In this document: piece after piece, positions 1-11,115 of the stretch
Position numbering within the stretch: position 1 is the first letter of the stretch
Layout: the number at the start of each line of letters is the position of its first letter
Source: Candidatus Eiseniibacteriota bacterium
Lineage (GTDB): Bacteria; Eisenbacteria; RBG-16-71-46
Assembly: GCA_044223005.1 (NCBI GenBank)
Contig: JBGAML010000004.1
Span: 160,001 to 224,000 of the forward strand
Length of the DNA: 64,000 bases
Direction: 5' to 3'
The notes under the pieces: generated by a model
Seen by the model: only the letters and a program-made list of their open reading frames with translations
Databases searched by the model: none
Told to the model about the DNA's origin: nothing
Made by a program: the position numbers and the translations under genes

Positions 1-1
1 G

Positions 2-361
2 CACACGCGGGCGAGCTTCCAGCAGACGGTCATCAACCCGGACTCGGTGCTCAACTACAACTGGTCGGCGCCGAACCACCCCGAGTACGGCTCGAACTAC
101 CAGTACGTCCTCACGCAGGACGCGCCGGGCGCGTACGTCGAGGGCGGTGCGCACATGTTCTTCGCGGCGCGCTACTCCATGATGATCGCGGCGGTCTACC
201 GCACGGGCGTCATGCGCGGCGTGCGGCTCGACAAGCTCGAGGCCAAGGGCAACGTCCTGTCGTCCGGCCCCAGCACGGTCGCGACCAACTCGAAGGGCCA
301 GCCCATGTCGCTCGACGTCGGCGGCGTGGGGGTCAAGTTCGCGGTCGGCATCGGCTTCTGA
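2..361 (+). CDS. Partial (5'-truncated) outer-membrane beta-barrel-like protein
   Basis: Open frame runs from the window edge, has alternating amphipathic strands and ends in GVKFAVGIGF (C-terminal Phe, beta-signal-like). Confidence 0.55.
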   Translation, partial: HTRASFQQTVINPDSVLNYNWSAPNHPEYGSNYQYVLTQDAPGAYVEGGAHMFFAARYSMMIAAVYRTGVMRGVRLDKLEAKGNVLSSGPSTVATNSKGQPMSLDVGGVGVKFAVGIGF

Positions 362-370
362 TCCCGGCCC

Positions 371-415
371 GAAACGCCACGGCGGCCGTCCCTCGCGGGG
401 CGGCCGCCGTCGTTT
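371..415. terminator. Bidirectional intrinsic terminator between convergent genes
   Basis: ACGGCGGCCG (379-388) pairs with CGGCCGCCGT (401-410); flanked by GAAAC and GTTT. Confidence 0.7.
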
Positions 416-428
416 GCGGTCCGGGCGT

Positions 429-800
429 TCAGCGCCGCGCGCTGCTGTCCGCGTGCCCGCCGCCGAAGCGGTAGACGATCTCGCCGGGGCGCGCCATGCC
501 CTGCGCCCGCAGCACCTCCTCGGCGTGGCGGGCGCGCTCGTCCGGGTCCTCGAGCCGCGCCTCGAGCCTGGCGGTCTCGCCGTGCACGCGCCGGATCTCG
601 GACTGCGCCGAGGCGAGCTCGTGCCGGAGCTTGGAGATCCGCCACAGGCTGTGGTCCGAGAGGAAGCCCGCCCAGAGCAGCCACGCGATCGGCAGCAGCC
701 AGAGCCAGTGAATGCGCGAAGGCTGTCCGCCGCCGGGAGCGTAGGGCGAGTTCAGCGGCCGGCTCAGCACCCGCCCGGTGATGTCGCGAGGACCCGACAC
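429..800 (-). CDS. ftsB: Septum formation initiator FtsB/DivIC family
   Basis: TM helix (WLWLLPIAWLLWAGF), then a coiled coil, then GMARPGEIVYRF. GTG start follows GGAGG. Lies downstream of eno, the conserved eno-ftsB order. Confidence 0.85.
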   Translation of the reverse strand: MSGPRDITGRVLSRPLNSPYAPGGGQPSRIHWLWLLPIAWLLWAGFLSDHSLWRISKLRHELASAQSEIRRVHGETARLEARLEDPDERARHAEEVLRAQGMARPGEIVYRFGGGHADSSARR

Positions 801-888
801 TGCACCTCCGTGTGTACGAGGCCGCCCCGCGCGGACGCGGGGCGGCTCGCCGTCGTCGTCGCGCCGTTCCGTGGCGCGATCGATGTTC

Positions 889-2330
<1,442 letters not shown>

Positions 2331-2345
2331 CTCGGACCTGACGGC

Positions 2346-2924
2346 GTGGGCCTCGAATTCCGGGAGGATGCGGAACTCGTCCGTGGGGCGCTCGCCGGCG
2401 ACCCGAGGGCTTGCCGCGACCTCGTCCGCAAGTACCAGCGCCAGGTGTTCTCGGTCCTGATGCGCGTGGTGCGACGAGCCGAGGACGCGGAGGACCTCTC
2501 GCAGGAGACGTTCGTCCGGATGTTCCGGGCGCTCGAGCGCTACGACCCCGAGCGACCCTTCACGGCCTGGCTGTTCACGATCGCGACGCGGCTCGCGATC
2601 GATCACCTGCGGCGACGACGCGTGCAGACGGTGTCGCTGAACGTGTCGGAACCGGGATCCACCGAGGAGCGCACCATCGACGTGGAGGACACGGGCCTCA
2701 AGCCCGACGAGATCACGTCGAACGCCGAAGAGGAACGCAACGCGCAGGACCTGATCGACTCGCTGCCCGAGCATTACCGGATCGTCGTGCTCCTGCGGCA
2801 CCAGCAGGACCTGTCGTACGAAGAGATCTCCGAGGCACTCAATCTTCCACTGGGCACCGTGAAGGCCCGCATTCACCGCGCCCGCGCACTGCTCAAGGAC
2901 CGCATCGAAGGCAAGACGCCATGA
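2346..2924 (+). CDS. ECF RNA polymerase sigma factor (SigW/RpoE-like)
   Basis: Region 2 (DAEDLSQETF, FTAWLFTIATR) and region 4 (LSYEEISEALNLPLGTVKARIHRAR). Confidence 0.95.
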   Translation: MGLEFREDAELVRGALAGDPRACRDLVRKYQRQVFSVLMRVVRRAEDAEDLSQETFVRMFRALERYDPERPFTAWLFTIATRLAIDHLRRRRVQTVSLNVSEPGSTEERTIDVEDTGLKPDEITSNAEEERNAQDLIDSLPEHYRIVVLLRHQQDLSYEEISEALNLPLGTVKARIHRARALLKDRIEGKTP

Positions 2925-3541
2925 GCCACTGTCCCGAATCCTTCCGCGCGCAGGACTACCTCGACGGCGAGTTGGTGCCCGCCGAGCGCGAGGCGTTCGA
3001 GGCGCACCTCGCCAGGTGCGCGATCTGCGACCGTGAAGTCGCCATCTATCGCCGTGTGTTCGCGTCGATGACCGCGATCGAGACGTGGGATCCCGGGCCG
3101 GCCTTCACCGAGCGCGTCATGGCGGAGGTCATGCCGAAGCGCGCCGGCCGCTGGGTGCCCGCCGTGGCGTGGGCCGCGGGCGGTTCGCTGTTCGCCACGG
3201 CCGCGACCATCGCGGTCGCGACGCTGCTGCCCGGGCCGCGCGCCTGGACGCTCGACCTCTTCGCGGACGCGACGCGGTCGCTGGCGGGCTCGTTCGTCTT
3301 CCTGCTCAAGTCGTTCAACACGGGCGTGCTGCGCGCACTCGAGGGCGTCGGCGCGTGGGGCGGCCTGCTCACGCGACTCGGCGGCTTCGCCCGCACGCTG
3401 GTGCTGTCGGCGTCGCATCCCGCCGTCGCGTTCACGCTCTGGTCCGCGCTGCTCGTCGGGGGCGCTCTGCTGTGGTGGATGCGGCCGCGCGAGCACCGCT
3501 CCACCGGGGAGGATCGCCATGTCGGCCTTCTGGGGCTCTGA
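2921..3541 (+). CDS. Zinc-binding (zf-HC2/ZAS) membrane anti-sigma factor
   Basis: YLDGEL...HLARCAIC (HxxxCxxC) followed by TM helices; ATGA overlap with the sigma gene. Confidence 0.9.
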   Translation: MSHCPESFRAQDYLDGELVPAEREAFEAHLARCAICDREVAIYRRVFASMTAIETWDPGPAFTERVMAEVMPKRAGRWVPAVAWAAGGSLFATAATIAVATLLPGPRAWTLDLFADATRSLAGSFVFLLKSFNTGVLRALEGVGAWGGLLTRLGGFARTLVLSASHPAVAFTLWSALLVGGALLWWMRPREHRSTGEDRHVGLLGL

Positions 3542-4748
3542 CGTCCGGCCCGCCGTGCTGTCGTTGTTCACCGCCGTCGCGCTGCTCGCGACCGCGGGTA
3601 GCGCCGAAGCTCGGCGCGAGAAGGTCACGCAGACGACCACGGACCACGGCACGGTGCGCGTGCGCGAGCTGGACGGCCGCGTGGTGGAGCGCGTGGTCAT
3701 CGACGACCACGGCGTCACCGTGTCGACGTCGAACGGCGACTCGCTCGTCGCCGGCGATTCGCTCGGGCATGGCGCGCTGGTGATCGACGAGGGCAACGGC
3801 ATCGTGCGCTTCCTGTCGGACGCGCGCGTCAAGCCCGGCGATCACGTCGACGGCGACGTGGTGGCGATCCTCGGCAACGTCCACGTGGCCGGCGAGGTCA
3901 CGGGTTCGGCCGTCGCGGTGTTCGGGCGCGTCGAGATCGAAAAGGGCGGTTCCGTCGGCGGCGACGCCGTCGCCGTGTTCGGAGGGCTGAAGCACGCCGG
4001 CGTCGCGAGCGGCAGCACGGTCGCCGTGCTGGGTGGTGTCGACCTGCAGCCGGGCGCGAGCGTGGGCGGCGACGCGGTCGCCGTCGGCGGCGGCGTCAGC
4101 GATCCCGAGGGCACGCACGTCGCGGGGCAGAGCGTTTCGATCTCCATGCTGCCGCTCACTCTCGGCCTGCCGGCGCTGCCGGTGGTGCTCACGGCCATCG
4201 CACTCGGCTGGCTCGCCACCGTGTTCTTCGGCTGGCTCTTCGGAGTGCTGTTCCCCGACCGGCTCGCGCGCGTCGCGGTGACGTCGTCGCGCCACACGTT
4301 CCTCTCGATCGTGATCTCGCTGCTCTCGCTCGTGCTCTGGCCGATGGCCGCGATCCTCATCATGGCCACGATCATCGGCCTGCCCGTCGGCATCGTGCTC
4401 TGGCTCGCGTACCCGGTGGTGATCTACGCCGGCCAGCTCGCGGCCACGTACGTGCTCGGCTGCAAGCTGGTCCGCCGCCGGCTCGGCGAGGGCCGGCCGC
4501 TCGGCCCGATCGCCGCGGGCTCGGCGCTGATCGCGTTCTTCTACGCGGCCGCCGCGATCGCCTTCGCCGCGGGTGGCATCGGCGGCGCGTTCGCGCTCTT
4601 CCTGGGCCTCGTCGGCCTGCTCGTGCTGCTCGGCCTGACGGCGATCGGCACCGGGGCGCTGCTGCTCTCGCGCTTCGGCTCGCGCTCCCGCGGCGACGAC
4701 GCTCCCATGCCGGTTCCGGCGGGCGCGCCGGGGGCCGCGACGGCCTGA
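3519..4748 (+). CDS. Membrane protein with a bactofilin-like (polymer-forming) beta-helix repeat domain and multi-TM C-terminus
   Basis: Signal peptide, repeated GDxVA(V/I)xG motifs, about 6 C-terminal TM helices; third gene of the ECF operon. Confidence 0.75.
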   Translation: MSAFWGSDVRPAVLSLFTAVALLATAGSAEARREKVTQTTTDHGTVRVRELDGRVVERVVIDDHGVTVSTSNGDSLVAGDSLGHGALVIDEGNGIVRFLSDARVKPGDHVDGDVVAILGNVHVAGEVTGSAVAVFGRVEIEKGGSVGGDAVAVFGGLKHAGVASGSTVAVLGGVDLQPGASVGGDAVAVGGGVSDPEGTHVAGQSVSISMLPLTLGLPALPVVLTAIALGWLATVFFGWLFGVLFPDRLARVAVTSSRHTFLSIVISLLSLVLWPMAAILIMATIIGLPVGIVLWLAYPVVIYAGQLAATYVLGCKLVRRRLGEGRPLGPIAAGSALIAFFYAAAAIAFAAGGIGGAFALFLGLVGLLVLLGLTAIGTGALLLSRFGSRSRGDDAPMPVPAGAPGAATA

Positions 4749-4993
4749 TCGGCGATCGCCTGCCGCGACGCGGCCGCGCTGGGTGAGACCACCCGCGCGG
4801 CCGCTTCGCGTGGGGGCGGCCACCCGCCCGGCGCGCCCCGGTGATCCGGGCAACTCGCGAGCCCGCCGGGCGCTGCGCGCGGGGGCCCGCGGAAATGCCT
4901 GCGATTCCGGGGCGTCCGGGGCGGCGTGCACCGTGCACGATGGAGCGGGTGAGCCGGCGCGGCGTGGCATGTTCGTCGCCTTAGGGAGTGGGC

Positions 4994-5983
4994 ATGAACC
5001 GACTGCCCCGCCTCTCGATCGCCCTCGCGGCCCTCGCCCTCGCGGCCCCCGTCGCCCCCGTCGCGGCCAACGAACTCGGTGCCGCCGACGCCGCGTCGGG
5101 CATCGTCGTCCACGACGCCGCCGAAACGATGCGCGACTACTGCCGCTGGGAGAACGGGACGCTGTGGTTCGAGCTGCCGGGCGGGACGCGCTGGGAGCTG
5201 GTGACCTCGATCGCCGACCCCGCGATCTCGAACCCGGGCGACGGCGCGTTCCACCCCTTCGACGCCGGCGAAGTCCGCGCGGCGATCGCCGGCGTGCGCT
5301 ACCCGCTGGCGCGCATCTCCGCCGACGTCTTCGTGCTGCCCTACCCGCGCCGCCTCGGGCTCGACTCGGGCGCCGGCCCGGGGCTGATCCTGCTCTCGCC
5401 CGGCGTGCGGCCGATCGCGACCACGCAGCAGCACGCGGAAGTCACGCACGAGCTCGGCCACGTCGTGCAGTACACGCTGATGCCCGATCAGGACGAGGCG
5501 CACTGGAGCGAGTACCGCCGGCTGCGCGGCATCGCGAACACGGCCACCTACTGCGCCAACGCGGCGCACGTCGACCGGCCGCACGAGATCTTCGCCGAGG
5601 ACTTCCGCGCGCTGTTCGGTGACGCGCAGGCGGTCGCCGCGGGCACGATCGAGAACGCCGACCTCGCGTATCCCACCGCGGTCGCCGGCCTCGGGACGTT
5701 CGTCGAAGCGCTGGCCGGCGCGGCGCCGATCGCGACGCCGCTGCGCGCGGCGGTGGCGAGCGCGACGTCGGTGCGCTTCTCGCGCGGCGGCACGGCGGTC
5801 GCGGCGCTCGACCTGTTCGACCTCGGTGGCCGCCGGATCGCGACGCTCGAGCCGGTCGCCGACGCCAACGGCTGCACGTGGCGCTGGGACGGCCGCGACG
5901 CGTCGGGCGCGCGCGTGGCGGCGGGCGTGCTGTGGGCCCGCGTGCGCGACGGCGTGGGCGGCACCGCGAAGTTCGCGCGCTGA
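4994..5983 (+). CDS. Secreted zincin-like metallopeptidase with a C-terminal FlgD-Ig-like domain
   Basis: Signal peptide; HELGH (HExxH) plus downstream HEIFAEDF; C-terminal FDLGGRRIATL...WDGRDASG..VAAGV.W. Confidence 0.7.
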   Translation: MNRLPRLSIALAALALAAPVAPVAANELGAADAASGIVVHDAAETMRDYCRWENGTLWFELPGGTRWELVTSIADPAISNPGDGAFHPFDAGEVRAAIAGVRYPLARISADVFVLPYPRRLGLDSGAGPGLILLSPGVRPIATTQQHAEVTHELGHVVQYTLMPDQDEAHWSEYRRLRGIANTATYCANAAHVDRPHEIFAEDFRALFGDAQAVAAGTIENADLAYPTAVAGLGTFVEALAGAAPIATPLRAAVASATSVRFSRGGTAVAALDLFDLGGRRIATLEPVADANGCTWRWDGRDASGARVAAGVLWARVRDGVGGTAKFAR

Positions 5984-6002
5984 GCGGTGCGCGGCGCGAA
6001 CG

Positions 6003-6689
6003 TCAGCGCGCCAGGAGCGGCAGGCCGCCCGGCGTGAACTCGGGCGTGACGGCGCGGTCGTGCGAGTCGCCGAAGCCGGTGAAGTTGCGCACGGCGTCGA
6101 ACAGCGAGCGCGGCAGCGCGGTGATCACGCCGAACCCGGCCCGGCGCTGGTCGCGCACCTCGCCCGACACCCAGCCTTCGACCTCCTGCACATCCTCGAC
6201 GCTGAGCGGCTTCACCGTCACGGTCACCACGACGTAGCAGCGGCCGTCGTCGGGGAGCTTCTGCAGCCCGGTGAGCGGCACGGCGATGGGGCGCGACAGG
6301 GCGACCTCGACCGAGTCCACCGAGTGCAGCAGTACGGCGGGCGCGCCGGAACGCTCGATGCGCCACTCCTCGCGCCAGACGTCGTAGCGCAGGCGCACGC
6401 CGAGGTCGGCCGAGCGCTCCATGCGGTCGAACCAGCCCTCGCGGCGCCGCCACAGCTCGGCGTGCACCTGCAGCGTCGCGGGCATGCCGCGCGCGAGGCT
6501 CTTCTCGATGCGCGCCTCGAGCGGATCCTCGAGCCGCGTCGTCACCCAGAGCTGCCCGCCGTCGTCCCGCGCGGCCGTCACGGTGGCGATCTCCAGCGCC
6601 CGTACCGGAGCCGCGGCAGCGAGCAGCACCACCGCGCCCGCGAGGAGGCGGGCGAGGCTGCGCAGTCGGCCGGGGAGTCGGGGAGTCAT
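6003..6689 (-). CDS. DUF4390-like periplasmic protein
   Basis: Signal peptide; LARGMPATL..ELWRRREGWFD..LRYDVW pattern; located near an NtrY/NtrX-like pair. Confidence 0.7.
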   Translation of the reverse strand: MTPRLPGRLRSLARLLAGAVVLLAAAAPVRALEIATVTAARDDGGQLWVTTRLEDPLEARIEKSLARGMPATLQVHAELWRRREGWFDRMERSADLGVRLRYDVWREEWRIERSGAPAVLLHSVDSVEVALSRPIAVPLTGLQKLPDDGRCYVVVTVTVKPLSVEDVQEVEGWVSGEVRDQRRAGFGVITALPRSLFDAVRNFTGFGDSHDRAVTPEFTPGGLPLLAR

Positions 6690-6711
6690 GGGAGGGGAGC
6701 CGCCGTGGTCG

Positions 6712-8043
6712 CTAGAAGGGGTGCCGGAGTCCGATCGTGACGACCACTCGGCCGTCGGGGTCGTGGAGGTCGCGCGCCGCGGTCACGCGCAGGTCGTCGT
6801 CGGGCGTCGCGAGGCCGATGCCGCCGTCGAGCGCGAACCGCTGCGCCGACAGTTCGCCGCCGGTGGCGCGGTTCCACGCCGTGCCGGAGTCGACGAACGC
6901 GAGCAGGCGCGGCCCGCCCGGCAGCACGCGGCCACCGAGCCCGTGCAGTTGCACGCTGTACTCGAGCTGCGCCAGCGCGAGCTGGTCGCCCTCGCGCGAG
7001 TCGAACGGGTGCGCGCGCAGGCCGTCGACGCCGCCGAGCGTGAAGCGCCGCTGCGCCGGCAGCGTCCCGTGCAGCGTCGAGCCGCCGGCGGCGCGCACGG
7101 CGAGCGACGTCGCGGGCGAGAGCCGCACCACGCTGCGCACGTCGGCGAGCACGCGCGCGTAGTCGAAGTCGCCGCCGAGGCCGCCGCCCGCGGACTCGAG
7201 CTCGATCCAGTGGTAGAGCCCGCCGCGCTTCTGGGGCGAGGTGTGCGCGAGCCGCTCGAGCCGCACGATCACGCGCCGTGCGTCGCCGTCGTCGATCGCG
7301 GGGTTGGCGCGCAGCGGCCGATCGAGCCGGAACCAGCTCTTCACGTGCGGGCTGGCGACCAGCGAGCGGTAGCGGTCCGCGCGCAGGTGCACGCTCACGG
7401 TCGAGAAGTCGGGCACCCGCCAGGCCAGGTAGCCGCCGCCGCCTTCGCGCTCGAAGTAGTCGCGCCAGTCCTCGTGCGCGAGCAGCAGGAGCAGCGAGTT
7501 CTCGGCGTCGTCGTGCTGCTGCAGGTCGCCGTGGTCCGTGCGCCGCGAGTAGTCGATGCCGGCGACGAAGCGCGCGGTCGGCAGGAGCGGCTGCTCGAAC
7601 TGGGCGCCGAACAGCACGCGCCGCCGCCCGGTCGCGTACTCGAGCCGCGCCGCGGCCCGCGGCAGCATGGTCTCGGGCCGCTGCACCTGCAGCCACGCGC
7701 CGTAGCGCACGAGGTCGACGCGGTCGTAGTCGAGCAGCAGGTCGCCGTGCAGGCCGCCGTTCGGGAAGCGCGCGCGCCACGGGTCGGGGTGCATGAGCAG
7801 CGCGTCGCCGTAGGGCGCCCGGCGCCACGTCGCGTCCTCGGCGGGCAGCGCGCGCAGCAGCGACGACTCGTTGATCGCCGGCTGCAGCGGCGTGAAGCGC
7901 ATGGTGTCGCCGACCGTGCCCCGTGCGGGTACGGGGTCGGCGGCCCGTGCGGCCGGTGCGGCGGTGAGGCATGCCAAGAGCGCGAGCGCCGCCAGGGCGC
8001 CCGCGCGGACGGCCCCGGGGCGGGGGGACGTGAGGCGGTTCAT
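6712..8043 (-). CDS. Omp85 (BamA/TamA-like) outer-membrane beta-barrel protein
   Basis: RFTLGGVDGLRAH (GG..LRG-like loop-6 motif), FVDSGTAW, C-terminal Phe, signal peptide; ATG follows GGAGG. Confidence 0.75.
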   Translation of the reverse strand: MNRLTSPRPGAVRAGALAALALLACLTAAPAARAADPVPARGTVGDTMRFTPLQPAINESSLLRALPAEDATWRRAPYGDALLMHPDPWRARFPNGGLHGDLLLDYDRVDLVRYGAWLQVQRPETMLPRAAARLEYATGRRRVLFGAQFEQPLLPTARFVAGIDYSRRTDHGDLQQHDDAENSLLLLLAHEDWRDYFEREGGGGYLAWRVPDFSTVSVHLRADRYRSLVASPHVKSWFRLDRPLRANPAIDDGDARRVIVRLERLAHTSPQKRGGLYHWIELESAGGGLGGDFDYARVLADVRSVVRLSPATSLAVRAAGGSTLHGTLPAQRRFTLGGVDGLRAHPFDSREGDQLALAQLEYSVQLHGLGGRVLPGGPRLLAFVDSGTAWNRATGGELSAQRFALDGGIGLATPDDDLRVTAARDLHDPDGRVVVTIGLRHPF

Positions 8044-8082
8044 CGGACCTCCGTGGAAAGGTCGGGTGCACCGGTGGCGCAC

Positions 8083-8097
8083 GCAACGCGCGTGCCC
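8083..8097 (-). promoter_or_regulatory. Sigma-54 (-24/-12) promoter of the Omp85-like gene
   Basis: Minus strand reads GGGCACGCGCGTTGC (GG-N10-GC with GGCACG and TTGC boxes). Confidence 0.7.
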
Positions 8098-8202
8098 GCG
8101 CGCGCGCGTGGCGCGGCCGCGCAAGCGCCTGCGCCGCAACGCCGGGGCGCGCGCGCCGCGGGCGCGTGCGTGGCGGGTCCGCCACACCCCGAGGCGGCGC
8201 GG

Positions 8203-9576
8203 TCAGCCACGGCGCGAGATCCCGTACTTGCGCATCTTGCGGTGCAGGTTCGTGCGGTCGATCCCGAGCCCGGCGGCGGCCTGAGTGACGTTCCAGTCCG
8301 CGGCGTCGAGCGCGCGGCGGATGTTCTCGATCTCGCTCCGCGCCAGCCGGCCCTTGAGCCCCGCGTCGTCGCTCTCGTCGGGCTGCGATTCGAGCCACGG
8401 CAGCAGGTCGGCGGCCTCGATCGTGCCGTCGTCCACCAGCACGACGGCACGTTCCATCAGGTTCCGCAGCTCGCGCACGTTCCCGGGCCAGTGGTAGTCC
8501 TCGAGCAGCTGGCGCGCGTCGTCGCCGAGCTTCGGGCACGGCCTCTCCTCGGCGGCGGCGAAGAGCGCGAGGAAGTGCGACGCCAGCCGTGCGATGTCGG
8601 TGCGGCGCTCGCGCAGCGGCGGTACGACGATCGGCAGCACGTTGAGGCGGAAGTAGAGGTCCTCGCGGAAATCGCCCGCCTTCACCGCCTCGGAGAGGTC
8701 CTTGTTGGTCGCGGCGATCAGCCGCACGTCGACGCGCGCCGTGCGCGTGCCGCCGACGCGCTCGAGCTCGCCGGTCTCGATCGCGCGCAGCAGCTTGGCC
8801 TGCGCCTCCAGCGCCAGGTCGCCGATCTCGTCGAGGAAGAGCGTGCCGCCGTCGGCCATCTCGAGCCGGCCCTTCTTGCTCTGCACGGCGCCCGTGAACG
8901 CGCCACGCTCGTGGCCGAACAGCTCGCTCTCGAGCAGGTCCTTGGGGATCGCGGCGCAGTTGAGCTTCACGAACGGGCCGTTCGCGCGCTTGGAGAGCGC
9001 GTGCAGCGCGAGCGCGACGAGTTCCTTGCCGGCGCCGTTCTCGCCCGTGATCAGCACGCGTCCCGACGACGGCGCGATGCGGCGGACCTGCTCGCGCAAG
9101 CGCTCGATCGCGGGGCTCTCGCCGACGATCCCGAGCGAACCGTCCGCGGCGGCGGGCGGCGCCGGTGCGGCCGCGGCCGCGGGCCGGCGGCGCAGGCGGG
9201 TGACGCGCACGGCCTCGGCGATGATGTCGAGCAGCGCCTCGGGATCGCGGATCGGCTTCTCGACGAAGTCGAACGCGCCCCGCTGGCCGGCGCGCACGGC
9301 GTTCTCGACGGTGCCCTCGCCCGAGACCACGATCACCGCGGTGTCGGGCGCCTGCTCGCGGATCCGCACGAGCGCGTCGAGCCCGTGCTCGCCCGGCATG
9401 CGCAGGTCGAGCAGCACGCAGTCGGGGCGCTGGCGCTCGATCGCCGGGTAGGCGTCGGCGGCCGTGGGCGCCTCGGCGACGGCGTGCCCTTCGTCCTCGA
9501 GCAGGCCGCGCAGCTGGCGGCGGATGGCGGCGTCGTCGTCCACGACGAGCAGTTGGAAGCGGTCGCGTTCGGCCAT
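8203..9576 (-). CDS. Sigma-54-dependent response regulator (NtrX/NtrC family; REC-AAA+-Fis HTH)
   Basis: LVVDDD receiver, [38 protein letters not shown]-terminal HTH. Confidence 0.95.
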   Translation of the reverse strand: MAERDRFQLLVVDDDAAIRRQLRGLLEDEGHAVAEAPTAADAYPAIERQRPDCVLLDLRMPGEHGLDALVRIREQAPDTAVIVVSGEGTVENAVRAGQRGAFDFVEKPIRDPEALLDIIAEAVRVTRLRRRPAAAAAPAPPAAADGSLGIVGESPAIERLREQVRRIAPSSGRVLITGENGAGKELVALALHALSKRANGPFVKLNCAAIPKDLLESELFGHERGAFTGAVQSKKGRLEMADGGTLFLDEIGDLALEAQAKLLRAIETGELERVGGTRTARVDVRLIAATNKDLSEAVKAGDFREDLYFRLNVLPIVVPPLRERRTDIARLASHFLALFAAAEERPCPKLGDDARQLLEDYHWPGNVRELRNLMERAVVLVDDGTIEAADLLPWLESQPDESDDAGLKGRLARSEIENIRRALDAADWNVTQAAAGLGIDRTNLHRKMRKYGISRRG

Positions 9577-9599
9577 GGGCGGCGGGGCTCCTCGGGTTC

Positions 9600-11099
9600 T
9601 CAGTGGGCGAGCGGCAGTACGAGGCGCGCGATCGCGCCTCCACCATCGCGGTTCTCGAGCGTGGCGCGGCCCCCGTGCTGTGTGGCGATGTCGCGCACGA
9701 GCGAGAGCCCGAGGCCGCTGCCGCGGTTCTTGCTGCTGACGTACGGTTCGAACGCCTTGCCGGCCACGTCGGGGGCGAGCCCGGGGCCGCGGTCGAGCAC
9801 TTCGGCCCAGGCCTCGCCGCCGCCCGCACCGGTGCGGATCTCGATGTCGGCGCCGGCGGGGCTGGCCTCGCACGCGTTGAGCACGAGGTTATGCAGCGCC
9901 CGCGACAGGAGCAACCGGTCGGCCTCCACCGGGGCCGGCGCCGTCGCGCTGAGCACGAGGCGCGCGTGCTCGGGCTCGTGCAGCGCGGCCACCGCGCGCA
10001 CCAGCTCGCCCAGGTCGAAGCGCTCGCGCTGCGGCTCGGGCAGGCGGGCGTACTGCGAGAAGCGCTCGGCGAGGCGGGTCAGGTGCTCCACCTCCTGCAG
10101 CAGTGCCTCGAGGCTGTCGCGCACGGCGGCACGCTCGGAGTCCGGGACCGCGTCCACGCGGCGCTGCAGCCGGTGCAGCGACAGCCGCATGGGCGTGAGC
10201 GGGTTCTTGATCTCGTGCGCGAGCCGCCGCGCCACGTCGCGCCACGCGGCTTCGCGTTCGGCGGCTGCCAGCGCGTCGCGGGCCGCGGCGACGCGCTCGG
10301 CCATGGTGTTGAACGAGGCGGCGAGCGAGCGCATCTCTCTCGCCCCATGCTCGGGCACGCGCGTCTCGAGATCGCCCTCGGCCACGCGCGCGAACGCGTC
10401 GCCCAGGGTGGCGAGCGGCCGCGTCATCTCCGCGGCGAGCGTGCGCGCGAGCAGGAACGCGCCCGCGGCCACGGCCAGCACGAGCGATACGACGAGCAGC
10501 CACACGTAGCGCCGCTGCACGTCGACCAGTACGGCGATGCGGCCGTAGAGCTCGCGCGCGTGGCCGATGTCCTCGATCCGCGCGAAGAAGTCGGGCGTGA
10601 GCCGCACGCCGGTCACGAACACCTCGCCGCCCGGCGCGCGCGCGACGCCGGCCAGCACGCCGCTGCGCGAGCGCAGCAGCCGGTCCCCGGCGAGCGCCGC
10701 CGACAGCTCGGGGCCGAACTCGAGCGAGTCCGCCGCGAGCGTGCCCGCGGGCACGACCTGCTCGGCGAGCACCCAGTGGTCGCTCTCGGGCGCGTACACC
10801 TGCGCGAAGTCGAGCCCGGTCGCGCGCAGGCCCTCGCGCAGCGCGGCGCGGCGCGCGGCGTCGATCGGCAGGAACATCGCCGCGCCCCAGTCGTCGGCGC
10901 GCTCGAGCACGTTGGACTCGACGCGTGTCAGCGCGGTGCGGCTCACCTCGACGCCGGATTCGAGCGCGCGGTCCACCACCGGCAGGTACCAGCGATCGGT
11001 GGCGCGGCCCAGCGTCACGAGCGTGAAGACCGCGAACACGAGCGTCGGCAGGAGGGCCAGCGACAGCAGCGCGATCAGCAGGCGCGCTCGAAGGGTCAC
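9600..11099 (-). CDS. NtrY-like HAMP sensor histidine kinase
   Basis: Two TM helices, HAMP, AWRDVARRLAHEIKNPLTP H-box, N box, DRGPG and GSGLGL. Confidence 0.92.
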   Translation of the reverse strand: MTLRARLLIALLSLALLPTLVFAVFTLVTLGRATDRWYLPVVDRALESGVEVSRTALTRVESNVLERADDWGAAMFLPIDAARRAALREGLRATGLDFAQVYAPESDHWVLAEQVVPAGTLAADSLEFGPELSAALAGDRLLRSRSGVLAGVARAPGGEVFVTGVRLTPDFFARIEDIGHARELYGRIAVLVDVQRRYVWLLVVSLVLAVAAGAFLLARTLAAEMTRPLATLGDAFARVAEGDLETRVPEHGAREMRSLAASFNTMAERVAAARDALAAAEREAAWRDVARRLAHEIKNPLTPMRLSLHRLQRRVDAVPDSERAAVRDSLEALLQEVEHLTRLAERFSQYARLPEPQRERFDLGELVRAVAALHEPEHARLVLSATAPAPVEADRLLLSRALHNLVLNACEASPAGADIEIRTGAGGGEAWAEVLDRGPGLAPDVAGKAFEPYVSSKNRGSGLGLSLVRDIATQHGGRATLENRDGGGAIARLVLPLAH

Positions 11100-11115
11100 G
11101 CGTGTCCTCCCCGCA

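Noticed and set aside
6421..10509. Very long alternative-frame and antisense ORFs (e.g. 1362 aa here, 14303-17656, 22764-25616)
   Set aside because: These are shadow ORFs expected in high-GC DNA, lying opposite genes with clear family motifs.
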